Assembly: GCA_018396995.1 (NCBI GenBank)
Contig: JAGTQB010000001.1
Location: 67,584-131,583 of the forward strand
Origin: Candidatus Bathyarchaeota archaeon
Lineage (GTDB): Archaea; Thermoproteota; Bathyarchaeia; Bathyarchaeales; DTEX01
Direction of reading: 5' to 3'
DNA: 64,000 bases
The stretch's first letter is position 1; each line of letters begins with the position of its first letter. The notes below the pieces were generated by a model. That model was not told the origin of the DNA. It saw only the letters and a program-made list of their open reading frames with translations, and made no database searches. Both the position numbers and the translations under genes were made by a program. This document shows positions 1 through 9,278 of the stretch, in pieces.

Positions 1-504
1 CATTTGCGGGTCCATGCCTGTTGTCGGCTCATCTAATATGAGCAATCTTGGCTCATTCATTAATGCGGCGGCAAGATTCAACCTCTTCTTCATCCCACCA
101 GAATAGATTTTCACTGGCTTATTCGCATACCCCTCCAACCCAACTCTCTTTATTAGCTCCCTAGCCTTCTCCAGCGCCCTCCTCCCGGTTATCCCATATA
201 GGCTAGAATAAAATATTAAATTCTCTAAACCAGTTAAATCGTCATATAGAGCGGGGTTCTGAGGGCAATAATTAATCTTAGCCCTAATCTCCGAATCCCT
301 CACTTCGCCACCAAGCACCTCAATAGTTCCCTCATCAGGCTCAATCACACCAGCAATCATCGAAATTAGGGTTGATTTTCCAGCACCGTTCGGCCCGAGA
401 AGTCCATAAACCTCGCCAAACCCAACATTAAAACTAACTTTATCTACTGCGGTTTTATCGCCAAATCTCTTTGTGAGCCCATTTACTCTAACAGCTACTC
501 TCAT
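1..504 (-). CDS. ABC transporter ATP-binding protein (N-terminal ~168 aa; the gene continues beyond the window start)
   Basis: Reverse translation from ATG 502-504 gives MRVAVRVNGLTKRFGDKTAVDKVSF..GLLGPNGAGKST (Walker A)..YSGGMKKR (ABC signature)..LLILDEPTTGMD (Walker B). It is absent from the ORF track because no stop lies inside the window. Confidence 0.9.
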   Translation of the reverse strand, partial: MRVAVRVNGLTKRFGDKTAVDKVSFNVGFGEVYGLLGPNGAGKSTLISMIAGVIEPDEGTIEVLGGEVRDSEIRAKINYCPQNPALYDDLTGLENLIFYSSLYGITGRRALEKARELIKRVGLEGYANKPVKIYSGGMKKRLNLAAALMNEPRLLILDEPTTGMDPQM

Positions 505-816
505 TACATTTTTCCTCCAAGCTTAACGTTAATGTCCGATCGCAAAATAAGCCTTCCCTTTAAATTAGCCCTCAATATTCTTTTTATGAGATTCATGAGG
601 TCAAAATTGGTCTTTAAAGCCACCCCAATTACTAATATCAGATAAGTACCCTGACGATTTGATGATGGAGGAACCGCATTAAAGACTGAGCGGCTATTAA
701 ATGGTTAAATATATGGAAGGTAAGGATAAGGGAACTAGTTCTCTAGAGAAATCGGAGTTTCACTTAATAAAGAGTAAAGAGAAACTTTTTTCTTCGTGAT
801 TAATTGCAGTTTCTAG

Positions 817-1422
817 TTATTCTGTGAGACCTATCTCCTTATAGATTTTTATTTTATTTTCTTCAACTTTTTTGGAGACATCCATGAATAAGTTATTTCC
901 ATGCGAATCTATGGCGACGGTAAGTGGACCGAAGTTTTCAGCCTCAAAGATCCATAGCGCCTCTGGCACCCCTAAGTCAAGCCACTCGACACCCTTAACG
1001 CTTTTTATAGCCTTTGCGGCTAGGACTGCTGCTCCTCCGGTGAGGGCTGCGTAGACGGCCCCGTACTTAGCCATGGCTTCAGTGGTCCTCTTACCCATAC
1101 CTCCCTTTCCAATGATAACCCTAACCTTAAAGTTTTTTATGAACTCGTCTTCAAAGAGATCCATACGCGTGCTTGTGGTTGGCCCAGCTGCGACAACCAC
1201 CCATTTATCCCCCTCCTTCTTGACAACTGGACCGCAGTGGAAAATTGCAAGCCCTTCAAGGTTTATTGGTAGGGCTTTCCCCTCCCTAAGGTATTCTAGG
1301 GCTTTCCTATGGGCTTGGTCGCGTGCAGTCACTATTGTCCCAGTTATGTATATCGTATCGTTTACCCTGAGCTTCCTAACCTCCTCCTCTGATATTGGCG
1401 TCTTAAGGTAGTAGACTCCCAC
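817..1422 (-). CDS. Class I (Fe-S) fumarate hydratase / tartrate dehydratase, beta subunit
   Basis: 201 aa. HCGPVV, AAGPTTSTRMD and IGKGGMG blocks are typical of the hydro-lyase beta subunit. It lies directly downstream of the alpha subunit on the same strand. Confidence 0.85.
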   Translation of the reverse strand: MGVYYLKTPISEEEVRKLRVNDTIYITGTIVTARDQAHRKALEYLREGKALPINLEGLAIFHCGPVVKKEGDKWVVVAAGPTTSTRMDLFEDEFIKNFKVRVIIGKGGMGKRTTEAMAKYGAVYAALTGGAAVLAAKAIKSVKGVEWLDLGVPEALWIFEAENFGPLTVAIDSHGNNLFMDVSKKVEENKIKIYKEIGLTE

Positions 1423-1423
1423 T

Positions 1424-2308
1424 CTACTCCACCCCCCTATGCGTTAAATATTCAACACTTCCATCAGCATAAATCTTAGCCGAAGCTCTTCTAGCAGCCC
1501 AGCAGTTGAAGGCTACGGCGACGGGGAATGAAGCTGGATGCCTAAAGGCATAATCGATATGCACGCCTAAGACAGTTGTCCTCCCACCCAACCCCATTGG
1601 CCCAATGCCAAGCTTATTCGCAGCTTCATATAGTTCCCTCTCAAGTTTACTTAGGTTTGGGTCTGGGTTAGGTGTGTTAAGTGGTCTTAATAGAGCCTTT
1701 TTGGCGAGCTTTATGGCTATATCTACTCCACCCCCCATCCCCACACCCACTATTGTTGGGGGGCATGGTTGAGCTCCAGCCTCAACAATGGTTTCAATGA
1801 CAAACTTCTTTACACCTTTTATTCCTTCACCAGGAGGAATTGCCTTGGCGATGCACATGTTCTCTGAACCCCCTCCCTTCGGCATAACGGTTATTTCTAA
1901 TGTGTTTCCTGGAGCTATCTCCCAATTTATGTAGGGTATGAACCTCCCAGTGTTGTCGCCACTGTTCTTTTGGGTGAAAGGATCTACAGAGTTCGGCCTT
2001 AATGGGACTTCCTCAGTGGCCCTTCTCGTGGCGTTTATTAATGCTCTCTCAATTTTGTCCAAATCCTTAAACTCCGCGCCAGCGGTAATGTAGAAGAGGA
2101 TTGTGCCAGTATCTTGACATACTGGGTATCGATATTTCTCCGCGAGCTCTATGTTATCGAGGATAGCCCTCAACTGAGTCTTTGCAGCTTCACTAGTTTC
2201 CTCTTCATAAGCCTTCTTTAAGGAGGCCTTAACATCCTCCGGCAGATATATTACAGCTTGCCTTATAAGATTGAAGGCAACCTCCTCAACTACATCCACT
2301 ATGCCCAA
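1424..2308 (-). CDS. Class I (Fe-S) fumarate hydratase / tartrate dehydratase, alpha subunit
   Basis: 294 aa. The PVCQDTG motif, MPKGGGSEN and GVGMGG blocks are typical of the Fe-S hydro-lyase alpha chain. It abuts the beta subunit gene. Confidence 0.85.
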   Translation of the reverse strand: MGIVDVVEEVAFNLIRQAVIYLPEDVKASLKKAYEEETSEAAKTQLRAILDNIELAEKYRYPVCQDTGTILFYITAGAEFKDLDKIERALINATRRATEEVPLRPNSVDPFTQKNSGDNTGRFIPYINWEIAPGNTLEITVMPKGGGSENMCIAKAIPPGEGIKGVKKFVIETIVEAGAQPCPPTIVGVGMGGGVDIAIKLAKKALLRPLNTPNPDPNLSKLERELYEAANKLGIGPMGLGGRTTVLGVHIDYAFRHPASFPVAVAFNCWAARRASAKIYADGSVEYLTHRGVE

Positions 2309-2444
2309 CTTCCATCCAACCTACCAATGAAAATATTGGTATAACATTCGATTGCAACCGTATATATCTTTTCCGAAAATAGCGATATTAGCTCTCATAA
2401 CATATATATGTGAGGGGCTTTAACAATTTTCTTTAAGGCAATGT

Positions 2445-3830
2445 TTGGAGGAGCTCGTATTGGAGAAAGAGAAGTTAAGTGTTGAAGAGCTTTTGGCCAA
2501 GGCTAAAAAACCTTCCTTGCTCGCACCGCCCTTACACAGATTCTATGAGGGGAAGGTTCAGGTTATGCCGAAGTGCGCCATAACGAGCTTCGAGGACTTT
2601 GCAATATGGTATACGCCGGGCGTAGCTGCGCCATGCAGGGAGATCCAGGCGAATCCAGATAAATCATTTGAACTGACAAACCGCTGGAATTATGTTGCAG
2701 TTGTCTCAGATGGGACGAGAGTTCTCGGGCTTGGGGATATAGGGCCTGAGGCAGCCCTCCCAGTTATGGAGGGTAAAGCGCTTTTATTCAAATATCTTGG
2801 CGGAGTAGATGCATTTCCACTATGCCTTAAGACCAAGGATCCAGAGGAGCTTGTTAGGGCGCTAGAGCTTATAGAACCAACCTTCGGCGGAATAAACCTT
2901 GAGGATATTGAGAAGCCAAAGTGCTTTTATGTCCTGGAGAAGGCTAGGGAGCGCCTACAGATCCCAGTCTGGCATGATGATCAGCAAGGGACCGCCACCG
3001 TGATATTGGCTGGCTTAATAAATGCCTTTAAAGTTGTTGGCAAAAACATGAAAGAAAGCCTCATAACTCTCATAGGCGCTGGAGCTGCAAACATCCGAAC
3101 CGCATACGTCTTGATAAGGTGGGGGGTAAAGCCTGGAAACATCATAATGGTGGATTCAAAGGGCATATTATATCCGGGCAGGGAGGATATAAAGAAGGAG
3201 GACGACCCATGGAAGTATGAACTCACTCAGATAACGAATGCTGAGGGTAGGGTTGGCGGTATACCCGAAGCTATGAAGGGGGTGGATGCAATCGTAGGCT
3301 GCTCAAAGCCCGGTCCAGGGGTGATTAAAAAGGAGTGGATAAAGATGATGGCAGATAACCCAATAGTCTTCGCATGCGCGAATCCAATACCGGAGATATG
3401 GCCGTGGGAGGCTAAGGAGGCTGGAGCCAAAATTGTCGCAACTGGCAGGAGCGATTTTCCGAACCAAGTGAATAATAGCCTAGGTTTTCCGGGAATATTC
3501 CGCGGCGTCTTAGATGTTAGGGCGAAGACGATAACTGATGACATGTGCATAGCGGCTGCTGAGGAGCTAGCTAGGTTTGCTGAGGAGAGAGGGATACATG
3601 AAGATAACATTTTGCCAACAATGGAGGAGTGGGAGGTTTATCCGAGAGAGGCTGTTTCATGCGCCCTAAAGTCCATTGAGCAGGGTGTGGCAAGGATAAA
3701 GCTCAGCAGACAGGAGTTATATGAGAGGGCTGTGGCGATTATAAAGAATGCGAGGGAGAGCCTAGAAGCATTGATGAGACATGGGCTAATAAAGAGGCCG
3801 CCACCTGAAGAGGAGCTATTAAAGAAGTAG
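2445..3830 (+). CDS. NAD(P)-dependent malic enzyme
   Basis: 461 aa with a TTG start. It has VVSDGTRVLGLGDIG, LEDI..P.CF, the GAGAA Rossmann motif and FANPIPEI, matching the short prokaryotic malic enzyme layout. Confidence 0.9.
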   Translation: MEELVLEKEKLSVEELLAKAKKPSLLAPPLHRFYEGKVQVMPKCAITSFEDFAIWYTPGVAAPCREIQANPDKSFELTNRWNYVAVVSDGTRVLGLGDIGPEAALPVMEGKALLFKYLGGVDAFPLCLKTKDPEELVRALELIEPTFGGINLEDIEKPKCFYVLEKARERLQIPVWHDDQQGTATVILAGLINAFKVVGKNMKESLITLIGAGAANIRTAYVLIRWGVKPGNIIMVDSKGILYPGREDIKKEDDPWKYELTQITNAEGRVGGIPEAMKGVDAIVGCSKPGPGVIKKEWIKMMADNPIVFACANPIPEIWPWEAKEAGAKIVATGRSDFPNQVNNSLGFPGIFRGVLDVRAKTITDDMCIAAAEELARFAEERGIHEDNILPTMEEWEVYPREAVSCALKSIEQGVARIKLSRQELYERAVAIIKNARESLEALMRHGLIKRPPPEEELLKK

Positions 3831-3869
3831 AGCCCAATTCATTTTTCCCTCTTCTACCATCAATCAGGG

Positions 3870-4982
3870 TCATGTTAAGGTCAATGCGAGCAGCTCAGCA
3901 ATATCCATAACCCTAATTTTCTCTTCATTCCCAGTTGTCTTTACAGCATCCTCCATAGTGAGTAGACAAAAGGGACACGCCACCGCTAAAATCTCCGCTC
4001 CAGCCTCAACAGCCTCCTTAACTCTAATCTCTGCTAAGCGGGGTCCAGGGACATCAACCCACATTCTCCCACCACCCCCCTCACAGCATACACTTCTACT
4101 CCTTGAGCGGCTAAACTCCAGGAGCTTAACACCATTTATGCTTTCGATAACCTTTCGGGGCTCCTCAAAAATATTGTTCCGCTTGCCAAGGTAACATGGA
4201 TCATGGTAAATGACCACTTTATTAAGACTCTTTGCGGGAGAGATTTTCCCATTATCTATTAATTTTGCGAGGAACTGGGAGTGATGCCATACTTCTAAGT
4301 CCCTCTGCTTATACCTATTTTTGAAAGTGTCGAAGCCGTGCGGGCAATTAACTATGATCTGTCTAATCTCATACTTGTCAAACAGTTTTATGTTCTCCTC
4401 CATAAGATACTCAAAGAGACCCTTCTCACCCATACAATAGACTTCAGAGCCACAGCAATTCTCCTCCCCGCCAAGTATCCCAAAATCAATGTTTGCTAAG
4501 TTTAAGCATGCTACAAGGCTTCTTGCCACATTCTGAACCCTTGTATCATAGGATGTCGTGCACCCAACGTGGTAGAGTATATTAGCTCCCTGAGAAAAAT
4601 GCTTAACATTTAAATCTCGGCACCACTCAACGCGCTTTCCGCGTATTCTTCCCCACGGGTTTCCATTCATATACACGCTTTCTAGGGCATCCCTAATCGT
4701 CGGCGATACTTCCCCACTCTCAATAACAATGCTCCTAACGTCTATCAGGAACTCATATGGCTTCAACTGCCTCGGGCAGCGAATGCCGCATGTGGAGCAT
4801 GTTGTGCAGCTCCATAATTCGTTTGGTGGATGAATGGCGAGTCTGCCTAGGACGGAGACTTCACGCATATATTTCCTAACATTGAGACTTGTTTTCTTAG
4901 CGACTGGGCAACTTCCAGTACAGGTGCCACACTGAATACATTCTAGAAGACTATTCTTCTGAATAATTTCATGAAGGTTCAT
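3870..4982 (-). CDS. HdrD/GlcF/TfrB-like Fe-S oxidoreductase (two ferredoxin motifs plus two CCG domains)
   Basis: 370 aa. It has CIQCGTCTGSCP and CTTCSTCGIRCP cluster motifs, then two cysteine-rich CCG-type repeats (ENCCGSE...; SVCCEGGGG...CPFC). No obvious TM segments. Confidence 0.8.
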   Translation of the reverse strand: MNLHEIIQKNSLLECIQCGTCTGSCPVAKKTSLNVRKYMREVSVLGRLAIHPPNELWSCTTCSTCGIRCPRQLKPYEFLIDVRSIVIESGEVSPTIRDALESVYMNGNPWGRIRGKRVEWCRDLNVKHFSQGANILYHVGCTTSYDTRVQNVARSLVACLNLANIDFGILGGEENCCGSEVYCMGEKGLFEYLMEENIKLFDKYEIRQIIVNCPHGFDTFKNRYKQRDLEVWHHSQFLAKLIDNGKISPAKSLNKVVIYHDPCYLGKRNNIFEEPRKVIESINGVKLLEFSRSRSRSVCCEGGGGRMWVDVPGPRLAEIRVKEAVEAGAEILAVACPFCLLTMEDAVKTTGNEEKIRVMDIAELLALTLT

Positions 4983-5062
4983 CTATTACCCCATGATGAG
5001 GATTTAAGAATTAAAAGTTGTAAAAATTTAAAAAGCTTCTGGCTGAGGCGGAATATAGGGAA

Positions 5063-6232
5063 CTACTTTTCCCTTATAAGTAGTGTAATGAACCCACATA
5101 GCACATTGGGCAAGACTATGGAGTAAAATAATGCATGGTCAATTGTTAATGGGGTTATTAAAGCCCCTGAAATGACTGGACCGACAGCTCCCCCAAAGAG
5201 CCCCAGTGTTTGTGTTAGGCCTGTAGCCGCCGAGATATTCTTCCCTGGAACAGCCTCCTGAACAATCGTCACCAATAGACTTCTATGTGGAGATATGAAT
5301 ATTCCAAGTAGAACTACGCAGATCGCGGATATAAGTGAATGGTTTATTAGGAGGGCAGCTGCAGCCACCACCGCGGCGGCCATACTAACATAAAATGTCG
5401 TCTTTCTCCTTCCAATTCTCTCAGAGATTCTCCCAAATACTGGAGGGCTCATTGCACCACCGATGAAGAAGAGTCCCAGGATTAGGCTTAATTCGATCGG
5501 ACCAATGCTCCTTGAGAGGAGCAGAGATGGGAGCCAGGCGGTTGTAGAGAAGTAGCCGAAGCTGCCCAGAAAAATGCTGGTACATGAGATCAAAATATTC
5601 TTCATTTTAAGCAGACTGAAGAATGTTGTAGGCTTTTCCTCAATTGACGGGGGAGAGTGTACCAACGGGATCTGTATGAGAAGGGCTATTATCTCAAGAA
5701 CCCCCATTATAATGAATGGGGTTCTCCAATTCCCAAGAGCTACAAAGGCGCCTACTAGATAAGACCCCATAAGCCCACCTATTTGATAGCTTGCTAGACC
5801 AAGCCCCACCCCAAACCCCCTGACATTCCTGAGCAGCTCACCCATAAGCGAATAATAGCTCGGAATTATCATGCTGGAACCCACGCCAGCCATCGTCAAC
5901 GAGACGACTAGCAGAGGATAATTTGGCGAAGAGCTGAAGGATAAGACCCCTGCGGCGAGAAGCAAGTAGCCCAATATTAGCACCCTCTTCCTGCCGATTC
6001 GGTCCGCCATTAACCCGGATGGCGTTAACAGAATGGCGCTTGATAAAAGGTTAATCGAGTATAGGATCCCCGCCTGAAACTCGCTTATCCTCATCTCCGA
6101 AATAATGCTTGGAAGGGCCATGCCAATACTCAATCTAAACATGGAGAAAGAGAGGTAGCTTAAGAAGAGGACAAGAACTGTCCTCTCATCAACACTATTT
6201 CTCCTCATATACGCGGTTGACGAAGTCTTCAT
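5063..6232 (-). CDS. MFS-type transporter
   Basis: 389 aa, about 12 hydrophobic segments. It carries the MFS loop signature G.MADRIGRKRVL between TM2 and TM3. Confidence 0.8.
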   Translation of the reverse strand: MKTSSTAYMRRNSVDERTVLVLFLSYLSFSMFRLSIGMALPSIISEMRISEFQAGILYSINLLSSAILLTPSGLMADRIGRKRVLILGYLLLAAGVLSFSSSPNYPLLVVSLTMAGVGSSMIIPSYYSLMGELLRNVRGFGVGLGLASYQIGGLMGSYLVGAFVALGNWRTPFIIMGVLEIIALLIQIPLVHSPPSIEEKPTTFFSLLKMKNILISCTSIFLGSFGYFSTTAWLPSLLLSRSIGPIELSLILGLFFIGGAMSPPVFGRISERIGRRKTTFYVSMAAAVVAAAALLINHSLISAICVVLLGIFISPHRSLLVTIVQEAVPGKNISAATGLTQTLGLFGGAVGPVISGALITPLTIDHALFYSIVLPNVLCGFITLLIREK

Positions 6233-6303
6233 ACCCCATCAATTTAAGGGTGAGTAATGAAAATTATTGTCAAGGTTAAGTATATTATTTCAACGCTAAC
6301 CGA

Positions 6304-7188
6304 CTATAAACGGATTTTCTGTAGGCTGGTCACATAATTTTTTATGGAATTAACGTATAGTTCCTCACGCATGTATTCAGGCGAAATTAATTTTTCTAGG
6401 ATGGAAAGCCACGTCTTCGATGCAATTCTATCATAAAGTATGCCCTTTATCTTTACATCTATAGCTTTTTCTGGGCAAACCTCCCTACAAGCTCCGCAGT
6501 AAATGCAAAACTGCTCCTCAAGTTTGATATTGCCTCCCCTATCTAGGTATAAGGCTTTACTGGGGCATATCTCTACACATGCTTGACAACCTTTTGGACA
6601 ACGTTTCACATCTAATTGGAGCAGTCCTTGAAATGGCTTTGCAACAAATATTGCTCCTTGTGGACAGGCATACTCACACCTCCCACAGAAAATACATTTG
6701 CCACGATCCACCTGAACACTCAATATCCTTATTATCCTTCCATCCTTTTCCTCGGCTTTGATGCTTACAGCTTCAACTGGGCAGCTCTCTTTACAAGCAA
6801 GATCGCATGTGGGACTACACTTCCTCACATCAACGGTGACGTCTCTCAGAATATTCGGGAGCACTTCCTTTTCAACCGCCGGATTATACAATTCCCCATT
6901 TCTAGAAAGTCTTATCGCGTTTACTGGGCATAAATTAACGCAAACAGCGCAAAATGTGCATTCATTTATATTAATTGAAATTCCTCCCCTTTTTAAGAGC
7001 CTACCTTCATGCACCACAGCACTAAGGAGCTTTAGCGCCTCTTTATAGCATGCTTTTACACAGATGCCACAGCCGATACAACGCTTCTTATCAATCACCA
7101 GCTCGTCACATAAGCCTAACATCGTCCTTCTAGCAATAGTACATTCTTCCGATTCCAGTCTCCTCACTACTCTCCGCGCCATACCCAT
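6304..7188 (-). CDS. Polyferredoxin (six [4Fe-4S]-type motifs)
   Basis: 294 aa with six Cys-cluster motifs: CIGCGICVKAC, CTFCAVCVNLCP, CSPTCDLACKESCP, CIFCGRCEYACP, CPKGCQACVEICP, CIYCGACREVCP. Confidence 0.8.
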   Translation of the reverse strand: MGMARRVVRRLESEECTIARRTMLGLCDELVIDKKRCIGCGICVKACYKEALKLLSAVVHEGRLLKRGGISININECTFCAVCVNLCPVNAIRLSRNGELYNPAVEKEVLPNILRDVTVDVRKCSPTCDLACKESCPVEAVSIKAEEKDGRIIRILSVQVDRGKCIFCGRCEYACPQGAIFVAKPFQGLLQLDVKRCPKGCQACVEICPSKALYLDRGGNIKLEEQFCIYCGACREVCPEKAIDVKIKGILYDRIASKTWLSILEKLISPEYMREELYVNSIKNYVTSLQKIRL

Positions 7189-7322
7189 AATCGTTATTTC
7201 AAGAAATAATTATATTTTTCTTTCCGCTCCTCTAATATTTTATCTAAATTGTGGTGATGGAAAAGGCTGGGTGATGGTGGAGGGCGAGTTTTCTGGGAGG
7301 AGCCAATGCTGAGGGAGTTAGG

Positions 7323-9272
7323 ATAGGCGTATATGTATGCCACTGCGGTGTAAATATTGCTGGTGTAATTAATGTAAAGAAAGTTACTGAGTACGCACGT
7401 AATCTCCCAAACGTTATTATAGCCAAGGATCACCTATACCTCTGTTCAGATGCAGGTCAAGCGCTAATTAAGCAGGATATAAAAGAGTATGGGTTAAACC
7501 GCGTGGTTGTCGCCGCCTGCTCACCAAATCTTCACGAACAAACTTTTCGCAAGTGTATAGAAGATGCTGGGTTAAATAAATACCTGCTTGCCATGGCAAA
7601 CATTAGAGAACACTGCTCATGGGTGCATGAAAGCTGGCCTAAAGAGGCGACTGAGAAGGCTATTGATGCTGTTAGGATGGCTGTGGCCCGCGCCAACCTG
7701 CTTGAGCCCCTAGAAACAATTAAAGTCCCCGTTAAGAGAAGTTGCCTAGTGATTGGCGGGGGGATAGCTGGTATCCAAGCAGCTTTAGACCTCGCGAATG
7801 AAGGATTTGATGTTTACTTAGTTGAGAAGGAGCCAAGCATCGGGGGCCTCATGGCAAAATTTGATAAAACTTTCCCAACAATGGATTGCTCAATGTGCAT
7901 ATTATCCCCAAAGATGGCTGAGGTAATGCACCACCCAAAGATCCACCTCTTAACAAATGCTGAAGTCAAGACGGTTTCAGGCTTCATCGGTAATTTTAAA
8001 GTTGAGATCGAGATAAAACCACGGTATATTATAAGCGAAATCTGCAATGGTTGTGGGGAGTGCGTTAAAGTATGTCCTATTGAGGTTCCAAGCGAATTTG
8101 ATGAGAGACTTGGGCCTAGAAAAGCTATATTCGTCCCATTTCCCCAAGCCGTTCCCCTAATCTACATTATTGACATCGAAAATTGCATTAAATGTTACAA
8201 ATGTGTTGACGCTTGCGTGCAAGCGCGCGGGGCTAAAGCAATAGATTTTGCTCAGGAGCCAAAGAGGATGGAGATTGAAGTTGGGACAATAATTGTGGCA
8301 ACTGGATGCAGCACATTTGACCCATCGATTTTAGAGGAATATGGTTATGGCACCTATGAAAACGTGGTTACCGCGCTAGAGTTTGAGAGAATCCTAGCCC
8401 CAACTGGGCCGACCAGGGGCGTGATTTTAAGGCCCTCGGATGGAAGGATCCCGAAGCGTATCGCGTTCGTCCAATGTGTTGGATCTAGGGATAAGAGGAC
8501 GAATATTTACTGTTCAAGGGTCTGCTGTATGTATGCCACAAAGCAGGCTCTGTTAATCAAGGAGAGAATCCCAGACGCTAAGGTGACGATCTTTTACATT
8601 GATATGAGAGCCTTTGGGAAGGGGTTTGAAGAGTTTTATGCTAGGGCTCAGAGTGAAGGAGTATACTATATTAGAGGTAAGGTTGCAGAAATCATTGAAG
8701 ATCCAGGCACTAAAAATTTGAAGCTAGTTGCTGAGGACACCTTGTCCGGGGAGGTAATTGAGACTGAAGCAGACTTAGTGATTTTATCTATTGGGCTTAT
8801 TCCGTCAGCGTCGACGAAAGATTTGCGTGAAAGGATAGGTTTGTTGGTTGGACCTGACGGCTTCTTTAAGGAGGCGCATCCAAAACTAAGGCCTGTTGAC
8901 ACGATTGTCGATGGAATATTTATTGCGGGGGCTGCTCAGGGTCCAAAAGATATCTCGGACAGCGTCGCCCAAGCCAGTGCTGCAGCACAGAGAGCGAGCA
9001 TCCTCATGTCTACCGGAGAATTTGAGACGGAAGCAATAACCGCTAGAGTTAATGGCGATTTATGTAGTGGCTGCCTAATATGTGTTTCCATGTGCCCATT
9101 CAATGCGTTGGTTGTCGAGGGTAAGAACGTAAATGTTAACCAAATTCTTTGTAAGGGTTGTGGGGCCTGCGCTGCAGCATGCCCAGCTAAAGCCATAGAA
9201 ATAATGCATTTCAAAGATCAGCAAATCCTCGTTGAAATTAAGGCTCTTTTGGAAAATGTATCAAGGTTATAG
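7323..9272 (+). CDS. hdrA: Heterodisulfide reductase subunit A-like flavoprotein (HdrA, methanogen-type with N-terminal Cys domain); the start codon is unresolved
   Basis: The ORF track starts at GTG 7503, but the same frame is open from 7275. That upstream stretch encodes RIGVYVCHCGVNIAG...VVAACSPNLHE, the conserved HdrA N-terminal domain. It continues with the FAD fold VIGGGIAGIQAALDLA, an inserted ferredoxin domain (CNGCGECVKVCP, CIKCYKCVDAC) and a C-terminal 2x[4Fe-4S] (CSGCLICVSMCP, CKGCGACAAACP). The 5' end is placed at ATA 7323 only provisionally; the alternatives are CTG 7293 or a frameshift from ATG 7274. Confidence 0.85.
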   Translation: MGVYVCHCGVNIAGVINVKKVTEYARNLPNVIIAKDHLYLCSDAGQALIKQDIKEYGLNRVVVAACSPNLHEQTFRKCIEDAGLNKYLLAMANIREHCSWVHESWPKEATEKAIDAVRMAVARANLLEPLETIKVPVKRSCLVIGGGIAGIQAALDLANEGFDVYLVEKEPSIGGLMAKFDKTFPTMDCSMCILSPKMAEVMHHPKIHLLTNAEVKTVSGFIGNFKVEIEIKPRYIISEICNGCGECVKVCPIEVPSEFDERLGPRKAIFVPFPQAVPLIYIIDIENCIKCYKCVDACVQARGAKAIDFAQEPKRMEIEVGTIIVATGCSTFDPSILEEYGYGTYENVVTALEFERILAPTGPTRGVILRPSDGRIPKRIAFVQCVGSRDKRTNIYCSRVCCMYATKQALLIKERIPDAKVTIFYIDMRAFGKGFEEFYARAQSEGVYYIRGKVAEIIEDPGTKNLKLVAEDTLSGEVIETEADLVILSIGLIPSASTKDLRERIGLLVGPDGFFKEAHPKLRPVDTIVDGIFIAGAAQGPKDISDSVAQASAAAQRASILMSTGEFETEAITARVNGDLCSGCLICVSMCPFNALVVEGKNVNVNQILCKGCGACAAACPAKAIEIMHFKDQQILVEIKALLENVSRL

Positions 9273-9278
9273 AGAAAT

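Noticed and set aside
655-700. TGATGA ... CTGA (box C/D-like) in the spacer upstream of the ABC ATPase gene. A similar GATGATGA...CTGA occurs at the 3' end of thiC (18375-18411), and a GTGATGA at 55327.
   Set aside because: Only one C-like and one D-like box are present, with 20-25 nt between them, or no D box at all. There are no C'/D' pair and no terminal stem, so chance occurrence is likely.
7257-7274. In-frame TGA six codons after ATG 7257 in the hdrA frame. I considered a selenocysteine or recoded stop, since some methanogen HdrA proteins contain Sec.
   Set aside because: The TGA lies in a non-conserved leader, not at a redox-active Cys position. No SECIS-like hairpin is evident. The analogous in-frame stops at nadX, rpo6 and hflX are TAA, TAA-TAA and TAG, so a single recoding event cannot explain the pattern. 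All three stop codons also terminate ordinary genes throughout the window.
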